DNA of 64,000 nucleotides, from assembly GCA_965644315.1 (NCBI GenBank), contig CBFFRQ010000077.1, positions 76,144-140,143 on the forward strand. Reading direction: 5' to 3'. The DNA comes from Caecitellus pseudoparvulus (lineage: Eukaryota > Protista > Bigyra: Bicosoecida). Under the pieces are notes generated by a model. The model ran no database searches, was not told the DNA's origin, and saw nothing but the letters and a program-made list of their open reading frames with translations. The position numbers and the translations under genes were made by a program. Of the stretch, positions 12,004-24,461 are shown piece by piece (position 1 is the stretch's first letter; each line of letters begins with the position of its first letter).

Positions 12004-15000
12004 ATGGCTGTCGACAAAGCGCCGCCACTCATCAGTGTCGCTGCTGTGCTCAGCGTGCCAGCCACCGGCGAACCGCGCGTGGTGTGGCAGCTGGTGTCCC
12101 CGGGCGTGAACCCTGCACCTGCAGTGGAGCCATGGGGATTGTTCCTCGTTGGACAGCAGGAGTCCCTCCTGCAATTCAGCACGACGAGCGAGAACCGGGA
12201 GGTCACGAACGTTACCGCAGCTTCGCTGAAACGCCAGCCTAACGCAAGTGTCACAAGTGGCCCTGCAAACGAAGCCCTCTGGTTCCTCGTCGCCCATGAA
12301 CAGTGCGTTTGTACCTTCTTGAACTAAATCCCCTGCCCCCTTCGTTTCACACTCACTGCACTCATGATTGGTTCGCTTTCCCGCCCCGACACAGGCCCCT
12401 CTTGCTGTCGTGGAGGCGGTGGGTGTGTGGCGCACTCACCGGTGCACACCGGGCCGCAGCGGGCGCAGCCCCCGGCGAGTCCCCTGCTCTGTTCATGCGA
12501 CAGCTGCAAGGCACGGTGTTGAACATGCTGCACGACGTGCCAGCGCCAGTGCGGGGCCTGGCGCAGGTTCGGGCGTGTGTTGGGGACGAAATGGTGCCCT
12601 TCGAGTTGCCACCCGCCAACGGCAACCCGAGCCCAGTGGACACGACATCCCTGCGCCTGCTCTTCACCTGCCTGCCCATTGACGACATCCTGGCCCTGTG
12701 GGGGGCGGTACTGGGCGAGAGCAAGGTGGTGCTGCACAGCGCCCATGGTGCCTTGTTGACTCCCGTCGCTGCTGCGTTGAACGCACTCCTGGCGCCGCTG
12801 ACGTGGCAGCACACCTGCATTCCCCTGCTTCCACCTGCCATGGATCTGGCCACGCTGCTGGAGGCGCCCTGTCCCTTCGTCGTGGGCGTGAACAGCCACC
12901 AGCTGGCCAGCGCTGGCGTGGGCGTCACTGCCAAGGCACGGCCGGCCTGGCGCCCAGGAGGGGAGGGTAAGGGGGGGGCATCCACCCCTGGCAGGCGCCG
13001 GGCGGGGACACCCGCCGCCCCGGCCACCGTGCCCAGTCTCAGCGCAACAGGCTTGCCCCCTGACGTGTGGCTTGTGGACCTGACGCTGGGGGGGGTAGTA
13101 CCCCCCCTCGAGCCAGACGCACCCCCCCTCCCACCCGCCCTCGCCGACCAAATGCTGTGCCGCCTGCACGACCTCGCGGCACACCTGTTCGCGCCACCTG
13201 CTGCGTTGCAACTCATGCACGACGTGGACGGCGCAGTGACTCAGGCAGTGGGCCCACTGGGCCCCCACCTGGCGCAACTGCTCATGTCTCCCCAAGGGCA
13301 AGCTGATGTTGAGGGCAGTGAAGCGGGGACGCCCCCCCCTGCACCCCCCTCGACTGTGCAGCCCCCCTCCACTCCGCACCACAGCCAGCCGGGCAGCTTG
13401 GGCAGCACCTTCAACAGCACTGGCAAATTCCGCCGTGGCAAGACGTTGCAAGTGTTCTTGGAGGCCATGGTGACTCTCGTCGGCGACTACGACGACCACC
13501 TGGTGCCAGTTGGCGGGGAGGATGACATGGACATGCAGTTTGACTTCGAGGCGGCGGTGGAGGCGCGGGGAGACGTCGCGCCGTATTACGGACACCTGGT
13601 GGGCACCCAGGCCTTCCTGCAGTTTCTGGAACCCCGCATCACGCCCTGCCCTCACGTGTGCGCCGAGGTGCTGTGGTTTGACGCGGCAGTGGATGCGGCG
13701 GATGGGGCAGCGGACGAGGGGGGCCCCCTTTCCCCCCTGGACCCCCCTCACGTCGCAGCCGCCAAGGCCTTCCTCTCTGACGCCGCCTTCGCAGTGTCCC
13801 GCACTGTCGTGGCGCCTGCCCCACGTGGCCCCACAAGACACGTCTGGCGCGACCCTGACGCAGCACGGGCCTCGTCGGCGGCATACCCCCGCCAACCAGT
13901 GGCCGACCTGCCGCCCCCCTCAGCCGTTCAGCGCCTGTTGCGCACAGCCCAGGACCGCCTCCTCGCAGGCGACCGCCGCGCCAGTGCCGTACACCGCCGG
14001 ACATCGGGGCGTGTGCCAGCCGATGGCGGCGGCGGTGTACGGGAGGCAGCGGAGGAGGTGGCGACGCGTGCCGCCCACCAACGCAAGGCGGTCGAGCAGG
14101 GGGGGGGCGGCTCCTTCATCACACGCATGTGGGCTGCGGTGCGGGGCCGGGGGGGTGCCGCTGCACAGCACCCCCCCTCCGCCTTTGGCTCCCCTCTGGG
14201 CCACCGTGCCGTGAGTGCCGCGACGCCAGCCAGTGCACGGGAGCGGCTGCGGCGCCGGAACACGCTGAGAACACGGACGCCCGCACGAGGCGCCTCCCCT
14301 GCACTTGGCGCTCCGCCGGCAGTGACGCCCAGTGGGTTGAGTGTGGGGGGGGAAGAGGGGGTGGCGACCCCCCCCTGCACACCCCTCCCACCCCCCCCTG
14401 GATTGGACGTCCCTGGCGTGGTGCTGCTGGGGGCAGGGGGTGGCCAAGGCTCCGCCGCTCTGCCCCTGCCCACGGCCGCCCTGTGTGACAGCATGCTGTG
14501 CGCATGCCCCCTCCCACATGCGGACGAGGGGGGGTCCGAGGGGGGGGACACCTCCTTCGCAGGGGCCCAGGCAGACATCGCCTCCCCCACAGTGGGCGTG
14601 GCCCGCAGCCGCCCCGCCAAACACCCCACCTGGCCCCTGCCGCCCCGCAAAGCCCCTCAGCTAGGCAGCGCAGCGGCCGCCACTGCCCAGCTGTGCGGTC
14701 TGTGTGGGGGGTTGCAGGTGCTGTGGGGGGGGGTGGCGCGCCTGCCCAATCTGCGGGGCGCGGCAGGGGGGGGTGCGCTGCCCCCCCACATCCCCCTCAA
14801 CGCAGCAGGCGGCGCCCCCCTGGCCCTGGTGCAGTCCGTCGCACTGCACCACACATCTGCCCTGGGGGAGTTGCTGCACGAGGGGGCGGTGTTCGCACCC
14901 CCCCCTCACACCCCTGCCGCCCTCGCCCTGCGCACTGAGCCATGTGGGCCCCCCCCTGGTTTCCGGGTGTTGCCCCCCTCCCACTTGCAGGCGTACTTGG

Positions 15001-18000
15001 AGCAGGCTGCCGGTGCACCCCCCCCAGCAAAAGCCCCTCGTCGAAGCGAGGGGGGGGGCAGCAGTCGGTCTGAGGGGGGGTCAGAGGGGGCGCAGAGCCC
15101 CCCCTCGGCATGCACCGCCCACTCCCAAATCCTGCAGGCAGCTGACCGGCTGTACGGCGCGTGGAGCGGCGTGGAAGTGGAAGGGGCCATCGGCGGGGTA
15201 GGGGGTCTGCGGAGCTACACCCCCCCTTCACCCCCCTCCGCCCTCGCCGCGTACTGCCGCCTGGTGGCGGGGTATGGGAGGGCGGGAGTGGGGGATGCTG
15301 TGGAGGGTGCTTGGGCTGAGTGGACGCAGTGGGTGGAAGTGAACGGGGAGGGCTTGGGGGGGGTCAGCAGTGGACCCGCCCCCCCCCGTGGACACCCCCG
15401 CATGTCTGGCGGGAGCTTGGACTTCGACTGGCTGGGGCGAGGGGTGGCGGAGGGGGGGGGACACGGCCGCGCGCGGGGGGGGTCCAGCGCCACCCTCTCC
15501 TCCCTCGTCGCAGCCACGGCAGTGCAAGGCGGGGCTCTGGCCGGAACAGCGCGCGTGTTCTCACACGTCATCCCCGCCCTGCTCGCGTGTGGTCGCAGCG
15601 ATGTGGCAGTGCGCATGCTGTGGCATGGGCTGGGCATGGCTGGGGCCGAGGGGGGGGACAGGGCACCCCTCCCTCCCACGCCCCTGCGGTCGCCACCCCC
15701 CCTGCTGAAGGTCGGAGGGGGGGGCTGCAAGACTGCCCGGCAGGGCCTCTCCGCACTGCAGCGTGCAGCAGCCACCTGGGCGCCACTCACCCTCACCGTG
15801 CCTGCAGGGTGTTTGGGTCTGACGCTGGAGGAGCTGGGGCCCAAGGCGGAACACATCACGCGGGGTGTTCTGACTTGGGCGAGAGCACGGGAGGGCGTCA
15901 AGGCCGCGAAAGCCTGTGGCGGGCAAGACCCTGCTGAGGCGTTGGCGGCGGCAGAGGCGGTCACTGCTGCGTTGCAGGAAAGGGATGGGCCCATGGCGGG
16001 CGCAGGGGGGTGTGGGGCGTGGGTGGCTGGGCTGAACACGGGGCACGCCCCCTCCGCTGCCGCGCAGGCGGGCGTTCGGGTGGGAGACGTGCTGGTGAGC
16101 GTGGATGGGGTGGAGGTGCTGCGCTGGCGCCACGGCCAGCTGCTGGAGACCCTTGCAAAACGCAGCACATCAGGCATGCGCCTGGTCGTGGCGCGGCGGG
16201 TGTCGCTGCATCGACGCGGAGGGCGGAGGGGGGAGGGGTGTGACACCCCCCCCCTCACACCCCTCACAGGCTCCTCCTCCTCCCTGGGCGGCTCCAAGCG
16301 CAGTCGCTGCGGGGGTAGCCAGGAGGCAAGGGTGCAGCAAGTGCCTGGCGAGGAGGAGCGCATCGTGCTTGCCTCTGAAGCGCCAAGTGCCTCACACCGC
16401 CCGCCTCCACTGGATCCGTTCGCTCAGGCAGCTGGTGTGATGGAGGGTGGCGGGGACAGTGGGGCGGTGCTGTGCTCGCCTGAGGGGTGTGCAGGGGGGG
16501 GTCAGCCCCGTCCTCCGCCGGCAAAAGCCCCCCCTGGCCCCTCCACCTCCCCCACCAACATTCGAGCAGCCACCTTTGGAGTGAGCCTGGTGACGGGGGC
16601 AGGTGGCGCGTGTCCTTCGTGCGGAACCCCGCACTCCGTATTACGCTTGCTGGCCGCAGCTGCCAAGGGGGGCAAGGGGGAGTACACTCTGCCCTGCCCC
16701 GTATGCGGCAAGGCCTTCGCCGCACGCGTGCAGGTCACCCTGCCGGGGGGAGAGCCGGCCTGGCGCCTCATCCTGCCGCGTCACACGCTGCTGGCAGCGC
16801 TATCCAAGATCGGACCTGTGGCTGACCCTGCGTCGATGGCACAGACGGCGCCTGACGCACACGCCAACGTGCTGCTGCTGGTGCTAGCGGCTGACTTGCC
16901 GCGCAGCCCAGCACAGATGGGTCTGTTGCCCCCCCTCGACACCCCTGCCTCCCCCCTCGCCTCCCCAGGCGGTGGCAGCACAATTGGAAGCTTCACGTAC
17001 CAAGGCTTGGGCACAGGTCGGGCCAGCAGTTTTGGCAGTGTGCTGAAACGCATCAGCATGGGCGTGCCGGATGGCGCAAAAGGGCCAGGGAGTGACAGTG
17101 ACGACACCAGCTTGGTCAGGGCTGACCTTGATGCGTTGCGGAGTCACTCCGCACAGCTGGCGAGTGAAGTGGACGCGCTTGGCACGGCAGTGCTGAAGCC
17201 AACCTTGGCGGGGCTGGCACGGCTGACCCAAGCTTACAAACACCAAACGCAGCAGGTGCGGGTCACCGAATGGCGCCGCCTGACAGCTCTGAAGCGCTTC
17301 GGGGACAGCGCGCCGCCTGTGTTTGTCGCAGTGCGCCTGCGCCCCCCGCGGTCAGCTGAAACGCACCATGGCGAAGCTGAAACCGGGGAGTCCCCTGTGC
17401 GTGTCCTGGACTCTCGCCGCCTGGCCGTCGTGACTCCGGGAGCTGACAAGGCTGCTGGGTACCGTTTCGACGCCGTGCTGCCCAGCGACAGCTCACAGGA
17501 GGATGTGTTCCGCACTGTGGAACACTTGGCGGTGTCAGCCCTGCACGGCGTCAACGGGTGCATGCTGGCCTATGGGCAGACAGGGAGTGGCAAGACACAC
17601 ACCATGTTGGGGGGTGACGGGAGGCATGGGATGCCCCTCCCCCCCTGCACACCCCTCACCCAGGACCCCGCGCTGCCCAGCCCTCCCCCCCACCACGGCA
17701 TGCTGCAGCGCCTGCTGTGTGCTCTCTTTTCCGCGCCCCGTGCAGAGGCAGCCGCCACTGGCGTCCCCATCCACTTCACCCTTACAGTGGGTGCTGTGGA
17801 GATATACAATGACAAGCTGCGTGACCTGCTTGGGCAGGGAGGTGCGGCAGCCGCACCCCCCACCCTGCAGCGCCGCAAGACCCCCTCCGGTGCAGTCATC
17901 GTGGACGTCAAGGGTGTAGCGCTGCTCCCCGCATCCAGTCCGTCTGATGCGTTACGCCTGCTCGCCAACGCACAAGCGGCTCGCTCCGTCGCGGACAACG

Positions 18001-18863
18001 GCGTGCATGCCGGCTCCAGCCGGAGTCATCTGTGCCTGCTGCTGCACTGCACTTGCAGTCGGGGCGGTGGGGCGCCTGTCCAGTCCAAGGTCGTCGTGTG
18101 CGACCTGGCAGGATCTGAGCGCCTGTCAGCCACCAAGCTCCACGAGCGGGCACCAGGCACGGCGGCCCTGGGCGGCATGGGATCCCCCAGCGCAGCGGAC
18201 ACGGCCGCCAGCGCGCGCCTGCGAGAGGCGCAGAGCATCAACTCCTCCCTCACCGCCCTGGGCAACGTCATCTCAGCGCTGGGCAAGGCCAGCGGCAAGG
18301 GCGGCCACATCCCCTACCGTGACTCCATGCTCACCCAGCTGCTGCAGGACTGTCTGGGCGGTGCAGCCCGCTGTGCTCTGCTGGCCACCCTGTCTCCCGA
18401 TGCGCGTGACGTGCCTGAGAGCATCTGCACCCTCAACTTCGCCCTGCGCGCCAAGAACATCAAGGTCGCATCACTGCGGCCTGAGGCGGCCGTGGGCGCA
18501 GAAGCCAAGGCCAAGGCTGCCACCGCTGCGGCTGCCGAGGCGGCGGCTGCGGCAGATGTGCTGGCAGAGCAGTTGGTGGAGTGCCAGCAGCAGTTGGAGC
18601 AGCTGCAAGGCGAGCATGCTGCGTTGCAGGCCGAGCATGCTGCGTTGCAGGCCCGGCGCCGGGACAGCGGCGGGTCAACCTCCTCCCGCGGCACCAAACG
18701 CAGCCGAGGCGACACAGCCGACACGCTTGGCAGTGACCTACCCGTTCAAGATGGTGGCACATTAGCGGCAGCTGCGGGCTCTGGCGCCCACCGCCCGAAG
18801 ACGCCCCGCAAAACGCCGCGTTTCAAGTACGACATGAACGGGCGCCGGGTTGCGTTGCGGTGA
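12004..18863 (+). CDS. DENN-domain (DENND4-like) protein fused to a PDZ domain and a C-terminal kinesin-14-like motor; intron 12303-12394
   Basis: uDENN-like exon 1, cDENN (LTWQHTCIPLLP...LEAPCPFVVGV), dDENN (GTQAFLQFLE), PPR-like helices, PDZ (AGVRVGDVLVSVDG), CPSC/CPVC Zn ribbon, and kinesin motifs YGQTGSGKT, SSRSH, DLAGSER, HIPYRDSMLTQLLQDCLGG. One uninterrupted frame from 12395. Confidence 0.85.
18609..18653 (+). repeat. 21-nt coding tandem duplication (EHAALQA heptad x2)
   Basis: gagcatgctgcgttgcaggcc repeated twice in the post-motor coiled coil. Confidence 0.7.
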
Positions 18864-19068
18864 CTGTGCAACGCCAAAGGCAACATCCTAGCAAATACCA
18901 CTCCCACAAACTCACACTGGTCCCTTGCCGCGAACGCACCTTGCTGCCTTGCGTGCTGCACCCGCAACCACCTGCACCCCTGCCACGTGTTGACCAGCGT
19001 GGTCACGCCTGCGCTTGGACACTGTACTGGCCTTCACGCCCACCCAACACACCTCCCCGAAGCTCACC

Positions 19069-19828
19069 ATGCGCGTCACGACCATGTTGCTCGCGGGTTT
19101 GGCCCTGGTGGCCCTGACCGCCACGACTGTGGAGGCACGGAAGAGCAAGGACCCCAAGGCGTGCGAAGGTGCGTGGTGCAAATTCCGCTCCTGCGCCAGA
19201 AGCACCGCAGGTTTTGGGCCACTGCCTGATCTCTGCATTGCGAAGTGGCTGCACATGGAAATGATGTCACATTTCTGTTTCCTGCGTGCACTGCCCGAGC
19301 TGCACGTGGCCACCTTGTAGCGCTACCAGACACGCCGCCCACCACGTGTGCGCAGTGTGCAAGAAGGTCGTGAATACAGTCCTTGACCGGGCAGGGAAGG
19401 ACAACGTGAAGAACCAGGAGGTTGTGGAGGATGCCCTCACCTCCTACTGCAAGGGCACTCGCATGGACAGCAAGGAGAACAAGCTGGTGCGTTGACGAGT
19501 GGGGGGCCCTGTGTCGCACCAAGTCACCCTTCACCCGCTTTCCCCCCTGCAGTGCTACTACGTCACGCCCGTCAAGCGAACCTTCAGCAACGCAGTGAAG
19601 CTGGGCGCCCCTGTGGACCGCATCTGCAAGAAGCTGGCCCGCGACACGCCCGAGGTGTGCCAGCTGCGTTTCCCCGAGAAGCTGGACTTGAGCAAGACCG
19701 ACCTGAGCAAGCTGCGTGTGCGGCAGCTGAAGGCCATTCTGAACGAGCGGGGAGTCACGTGCGATGGCTGCCTGGAGAAGCGGGACTACGTCCGCCGTGT
19801 GGAGGAGACCATGCACATGGACCTGTGA
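19069..19828 (+). CDS. MANF: MANF/CDNF (ARMET)-like ER protein; introns 19169-19355 and 19487-19552
   Basis: Signal peptide, saposin-like domain (CEVC...C...KENKLCYY...ICKKL...EVCQLRF), SAP-like domain (DLSKLRVRQLKAILNERGVTCDGCLEKRDYV) and KDEL-like C-terminus HMDL. Confidence 0.9.
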
Positions 19829-19972
19829 GGGTCGTTTCAGTTGAAACGCCGAGAGATGCAGCTGCCATGTTCCTGAGGTGCATTGCACAAGGGGCAAGGC
19901 TAGGTCGCAGCACGCAAATGCACTGACAACCCACCCAAGCCCAGAGGGGCGGACGAGCCCGGGCGCGGAGGC

Positions 19973-21163
19973 TTACTTGCTGCCCAGCGTGGGGAAGTCA
20001 GCAGCCTTGGGCGCAGCGGCACGGCGGGGCTTGCGGTCGCCACCCTCACGACGAGGCTTGCGGTCGCCATCGCGACGAGGCTTGCGGTCGCCACCATCGC
20101 GGCGGGGCTTGCGGTCGCCGCCCTCGCGGGGCTTGCGGTCGCCACCCTCACGGCGGGGGGGGCGGTAGTCGTCGCCGCCAGACTTGAAACGCAGCAGCTT
20201 GGGGTCCACCTGGGCGGGGGCGCGGGTCTTCTTCTTGCCGGCCTTGGCGGCGATGCCCGAGCCCTTCATCTGGGCCAGGTAGTCGTCGCCAGACGCCTCG
20301 GCCTTCTTGTGGGCCTTGCCGTCCACGGCCTCCGCCTCGGCCTTGGCAGCCTCCAGCTCGCCAGCCAGGGCAGACGCCTCCTTCTCCTGGGCGGTCTGCT
20401 TCAGGAAGGCGTCCAGAGAGACGTAGGAGTCCTCGGGCTCGGGCTCGTAGGGGGTGGCGGCGCCCTCGGCCTCCAGGTCCTTGGCCACATCAGCGCCCTC
20501 GGCAGCCTCGGCGACGGCCAGGGCGTCCTCAGCCTTGCCGGCCTTGGAGGCGGCGGCGGCGTCGGCGGCGGAGTTGCCCCAGCCACCAGCGCCAGAGCCA
20601 CCACGGCGCACCTCGTGCCCACGGCCAGTGCCGGAGCGGCGGTCGTACTCACGGCCACGGCCGCCACCGTTGCGGGGTCCACGGCCACCTCGGCGGCTGC
20701 GAAGGGGGGTGAGGCGTGGGGAGTGCGTTCCTGCCGTGTGGGAAGTGGCAGCTGATGTCGGTGCAGTGCAGTTCGTTCCGACACCACGCCAAGTGCACGC
20801 TGCGCCGCTGCCCGCCGCGCAGACGGGCAGAAACGCAGCCACAAGATTAGCATGCATGCACCCTGCACTCACTCCTCACGGGTGCGCTCAGAGCGGCGGG
20901 GGCGGGCGGCGGCACCCTCATTCTGGGTTGCCATGGCAGTGCTGCCACCGCGGGGCTTGCGGGCTGGGAAACGCGGGGAGGCGGGGCGTGAGCGGGGACT
21001 GCAGGGCAGCATCACAGAACGTGGGCATTCACGCACAGCCAGCGGGCTTGGAGGAGCCCACGGGGCCTCGGGAAGAGGAGGCCTTGGCGGTGGACTTGGT
21101 CACCTGCGGCTGGCGGGGCACCTCATCGTCCGAGTCGTCCAGGGCGGCGAAGTAGTTGGCCAT
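19973..21163 (-). CDS. SERBP1/HABP4/Stm1-family RGG mRNA/ribosome-binding protein; introns 20964-21036 and 20697-20872
   Basis: MANYFAALDDSDDE start, REYDRRSGTGRGHEVRRGGSGAGGWG motif, SLDAFL and C-terminal DFPTLG. Strongly biased codons suggest high expression. Confidence 0.85.
20020..20160 (-). repeat. Coding tandem repeat, (R)[ED]G(G)DRKPR x5
   Basis: Five imperfect 24-27 nt units containing ggcttgcggtcgcc on the + strand. Confidence 0.8.
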
Positions 21164-21657
21164 CTTGGAAGACGAAGCAGGGGGTTTGGTCAACAGCTGG
21201 GAGCCTAGAGGCTGAGCCTGCTGCCGAGCGAGCCGCGAGTCGGGGACTGCGCGGGCGTTCTGTGCTGCCTGCGGAAAATGCAGACGGCTGAACTGGAGTG
21301 TACTGACGGCAAGCAGAGCGCACCGCTGGCCGGGGGGAGGCAGCAGCAGTACAGGGGAGTGGACCGAGAGAGTTTGGATTGTTGTTAGAGCCGTCCTCTG
21401 TTCGAAATGCCCGACTGGCCGGCCTCGTCTCAGCGCCGGCCATCTGCAGGTGCGCAGCAATCGAAGGCGAGGCGCAAGCCTGGCACGAGCTGCACAAGCG
21501 CAAGGGCACAAATTCAATTGCTTGAGTGGAGCGGACACGCTATCGTCCACAGATTGATCGCGCTCATGCTCGCCTGCCTCGTCGTCTGTCGGTACTGGGG
21601 CTTGCAACGTGCCGCCGACCAGCGCACCTGCGGCTTTTGGGCAGGCCAGCCAAGTCA

Positions 21658-23383
21658 ATGTCTCCCACGCAGCCATGCCGAGCTGGGCGGTGTGCTAGGC
21701 CACACATTGCAGTGGTCGTGCTGGCCATCTTAGTGTCAGCGACACTCACAGGCCAAGGGGCGGCCAGTGGCGGGCACTGGGTGCCGGCTGCGCTGCCGCT
21801 GGCTGAAGCCGTCTCTGGCGCTGCGTTGCTCAGCCGCCTCGCCAGCACGCCCCTGCCAGGCGACAGCGAGGTGCAAGTGAGCCAGTTCATCCGCACGCCG
21901 TCCGAGTCTGTCTGCATGCAGTCCCCTGACGTGCTCCTGGCGACACACTTGTCACCCGACAGGTGGCCCATGCTGCTCAGCCTGGCCGACGCTTGGCAAG
22001 GGTGCGTGCCCTACCCGCAAACCGCACAGCCCAGCAACGTGTTTGCACGTTCCAACTTCCTCACTCAGATGCTTGTCCGTCGCCGTGGTCCTCGCCTCGA
22101 CGCAGCAGTTCAACGACACCCTCGCAGCGTTCGACTCCAACCCTGTCCGTGCGGCGCAAGCTCCGCTGCTTGTACACCCCTCAACGCACGCACACGACCC
22201 TGCACAGACACTCACACGATGGGCGGCTCTGCACGTCGTCGTAGAGCTGGGTGGCGGCAAGGACGCCCACGGCGGGCAGGCGCTCTACCCCTTCAACATC
22301 GCCCGCAACGCCGCTGGCATGTGGCCGCCCTCCACCGCCCTGCACGCCCCCACACCGCCCACACCCGCCATGCCGGCCGTGGAATCCGCCGCAAGCAATG
22401 CTTCAGAAGAGGTCTCCCCGCCACGCCTGGCCCTGCCGTCCCCAGCCTGGCTCCTGCTGCTGGACGTGGACACATTGCCCCTTACCAACGCACCGGCTTT
22501 CAGCCTCGCGCTGCGCCACGCCCAGGCAACAGCGCAAACCGGCCCAAACCCCACCACACGTGGCCTAACTGCCTTCATCCCCATGACTCTCCAGACGAAG
22601 CGCAGGGCTTCCGAGGCTCGCCTCTTGAAGGACCTGCGCCGGCGCGTGTCCGCCGCCAACGCTGGACTGCGACTGGGCAGCCTGCCGCCCTGCTGGCTGC
22701 ACAGCCTCCCACCAGGCCTGGCAAGCGCCTTGGACGCACACAGCCCCACAGCTGCACATGTGCACCTGAACAAGACTGCCTTGGCCACCACCCTGCAGCG
22801 GGAACTGGAACCATTCCACGCGCAGGACTACCCGGCGGCGTATGTTGGCACCGTGGACACCGCCGCCTGGTGGGCGGCAGACACCTGCGCACCACCAATC
22901 CCAGCCCGCTACACCCTGGACTTCGAACCGTACGCTGCAGTGCCCTGGCCCCTGCCGCTGCCCTTTGACGAGGCATACAGGGGGCACGGTTTTTCCAAAT
23001 CAGATTGGTGGTTCCAGCTGTGTGCGGGGGCCAACTGCAGTCTGCACGTGCTGCCCGCTCCCGCCCTCCTCGCCCGCTGCAGCCTGGACACCGCCACGCA
23101 CTCTGCCGTCCGCAATCGCCAGCAGAATTGGGGCCTCTTCGCGCAACGCCAGCGCCTGGCCAGAGCGGCCCAGGGCATCCACTGCCAGCCAGCTGGCCCC
23201 TGCACCCGTGTGGAGCCCACAGCGCCACCCATGCCCACGCCGACTGCAGAACCGACGCCCACACCCTCCCCGACGCAGCCCGATGCCGACGCTGCACCGG
23301 GTACGCGCAGGTCAGCTGGCATGCTGCGACGTCTCGCGGCGCTGCGTGAACGCTACAAGCTGCGGCAGGCAGGGAGCGGGTAG
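21658..23383 (+). CDS. Glycosyltransferase family 49 (LARGE C-terminal / B4GAT1-like); intron 22002-22068
   Basis: N-terminal hydrophobic anchor, DVLLATHLSPDR...WQGCLSVAV, LYPFNIARNAA, LLDVD (DxD), FEPY, FDEAYRGHGFSK and LHVLP. Confidence 0.78.
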
Positions 23384-23693
23384 TGGGGAATGCCAGTGCA
23401 CTGTAGCATCCACACAGATGTCAAATGCAAGGAGCTGCGCTTCTAAATCCTCATCGACTGTGGACCCTTGTACATACATTGCTGGGCGGTGGCTGAGTGT
23501 GATTGGGTTTCAATGCTGTGCTTATCAGGTTGGGCGCACGTGCGAGCTACAGTTGGGAGGGAATGGCTAAAAAGTGGAGCTCTGGCATTAACCATCAAGT
23601 TCACTACATGCCCATCTTCTCACTGCCTGCCAGCTGTCCACCACATCACAGAACGGCGCGACAACGCGGTGGGCTGCTCAGGCTCAGGCAGGC

Positions 23694-24461
23694 ATGGCCA
23701 GCTCGGGGCCCTTCACGCCGTTGGTGGCCAAGGGCAAGGACGGGGAGGAGATCGACATCAGTTCATGGGTGCAGGTGTACCCTTGCTACATTTCGGAAGA
23801 TAAGCGCCGTTCGGAGGGACGCAAGATCTCCAAGGAGGACTGTGCCGGGTGTGCGTGGGAGCAGCGGAAAATGACCGCACGTGTCCTCGACTTTGCACGC
23901 TATCGCCACGATACCGCGCTCCTGCTTCGTTTGTTCAGGCACCCGTGTTCACATTGGGGACATTCTCGGGTCTTGTCAGGAGCTGTCTCTGCAGGCCTGT
24001 CCTGAGGTGCGTGAGCAGAGCTGCAGCGCAGCTCCGCTGGCTCGAAAGCGAAACGCAGGTGGCACGCCCGGCATTGCGCAACCTCGCAGCCCAACAAGAA
24101 ACACCCTCGCGATTGGGGCAACTTCGGCAGAGTGCGTGTGCAGTTGAAGACACCAGATGGCGCCTTTGCCAAGCCTGAAATCACGACCCGTATGTATGCA
24201 CCCCCAGTATGGCTGTTTCTGGACCATCATGCAGCGATGCGCCCCTCCCGCCACTGCGCAGGCATGCAATTGTACCGCGCCATCGCCAAGGTGCTGCCTG
24301 ACAACGCAAACAGGCGCGCTCGTCTGGAGCACATGGCAGCGCAGCAGGCTGCCGCCAAGGCTGCCGCAGCAGGGGGCGGCAAGGGCGCAGCGGCAGCAGC
24401 CACGGCAGGCACCTCCACCAAGCCCAAGAAGAAGAAGGGCCGCAAGAAGAACCGGCGGTGA
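23694..24461 (+). CDS. SRP19: Signal recognition particle 19 kDa protein; introns 23851-23938, 24007-24089, 24190-24261
   Basis: WVQVYPCYISEDKRRSEGRKI, PNKKHPRDWGNFGRVRVQLK and a Lys-rich tail. Three GT-AG introns join the motifs in frame. Confidence 0.92.

Noticed and set aside
20020-20160. Regularly spaced short repeats resembling a CRISPR array
   Set aside because: No unique spacers and no cas genes; the units encode GDRKPR peptide repeats in a eukaryotic gene.
5971-24461. Apparent secretory-pathway gene cluster (LRR-SAM-HTEL, MANF, GT49, SRP19)
   Set aside because: The genes are interspersed with unrelated genes and the categories are common, so chance is sufficient.
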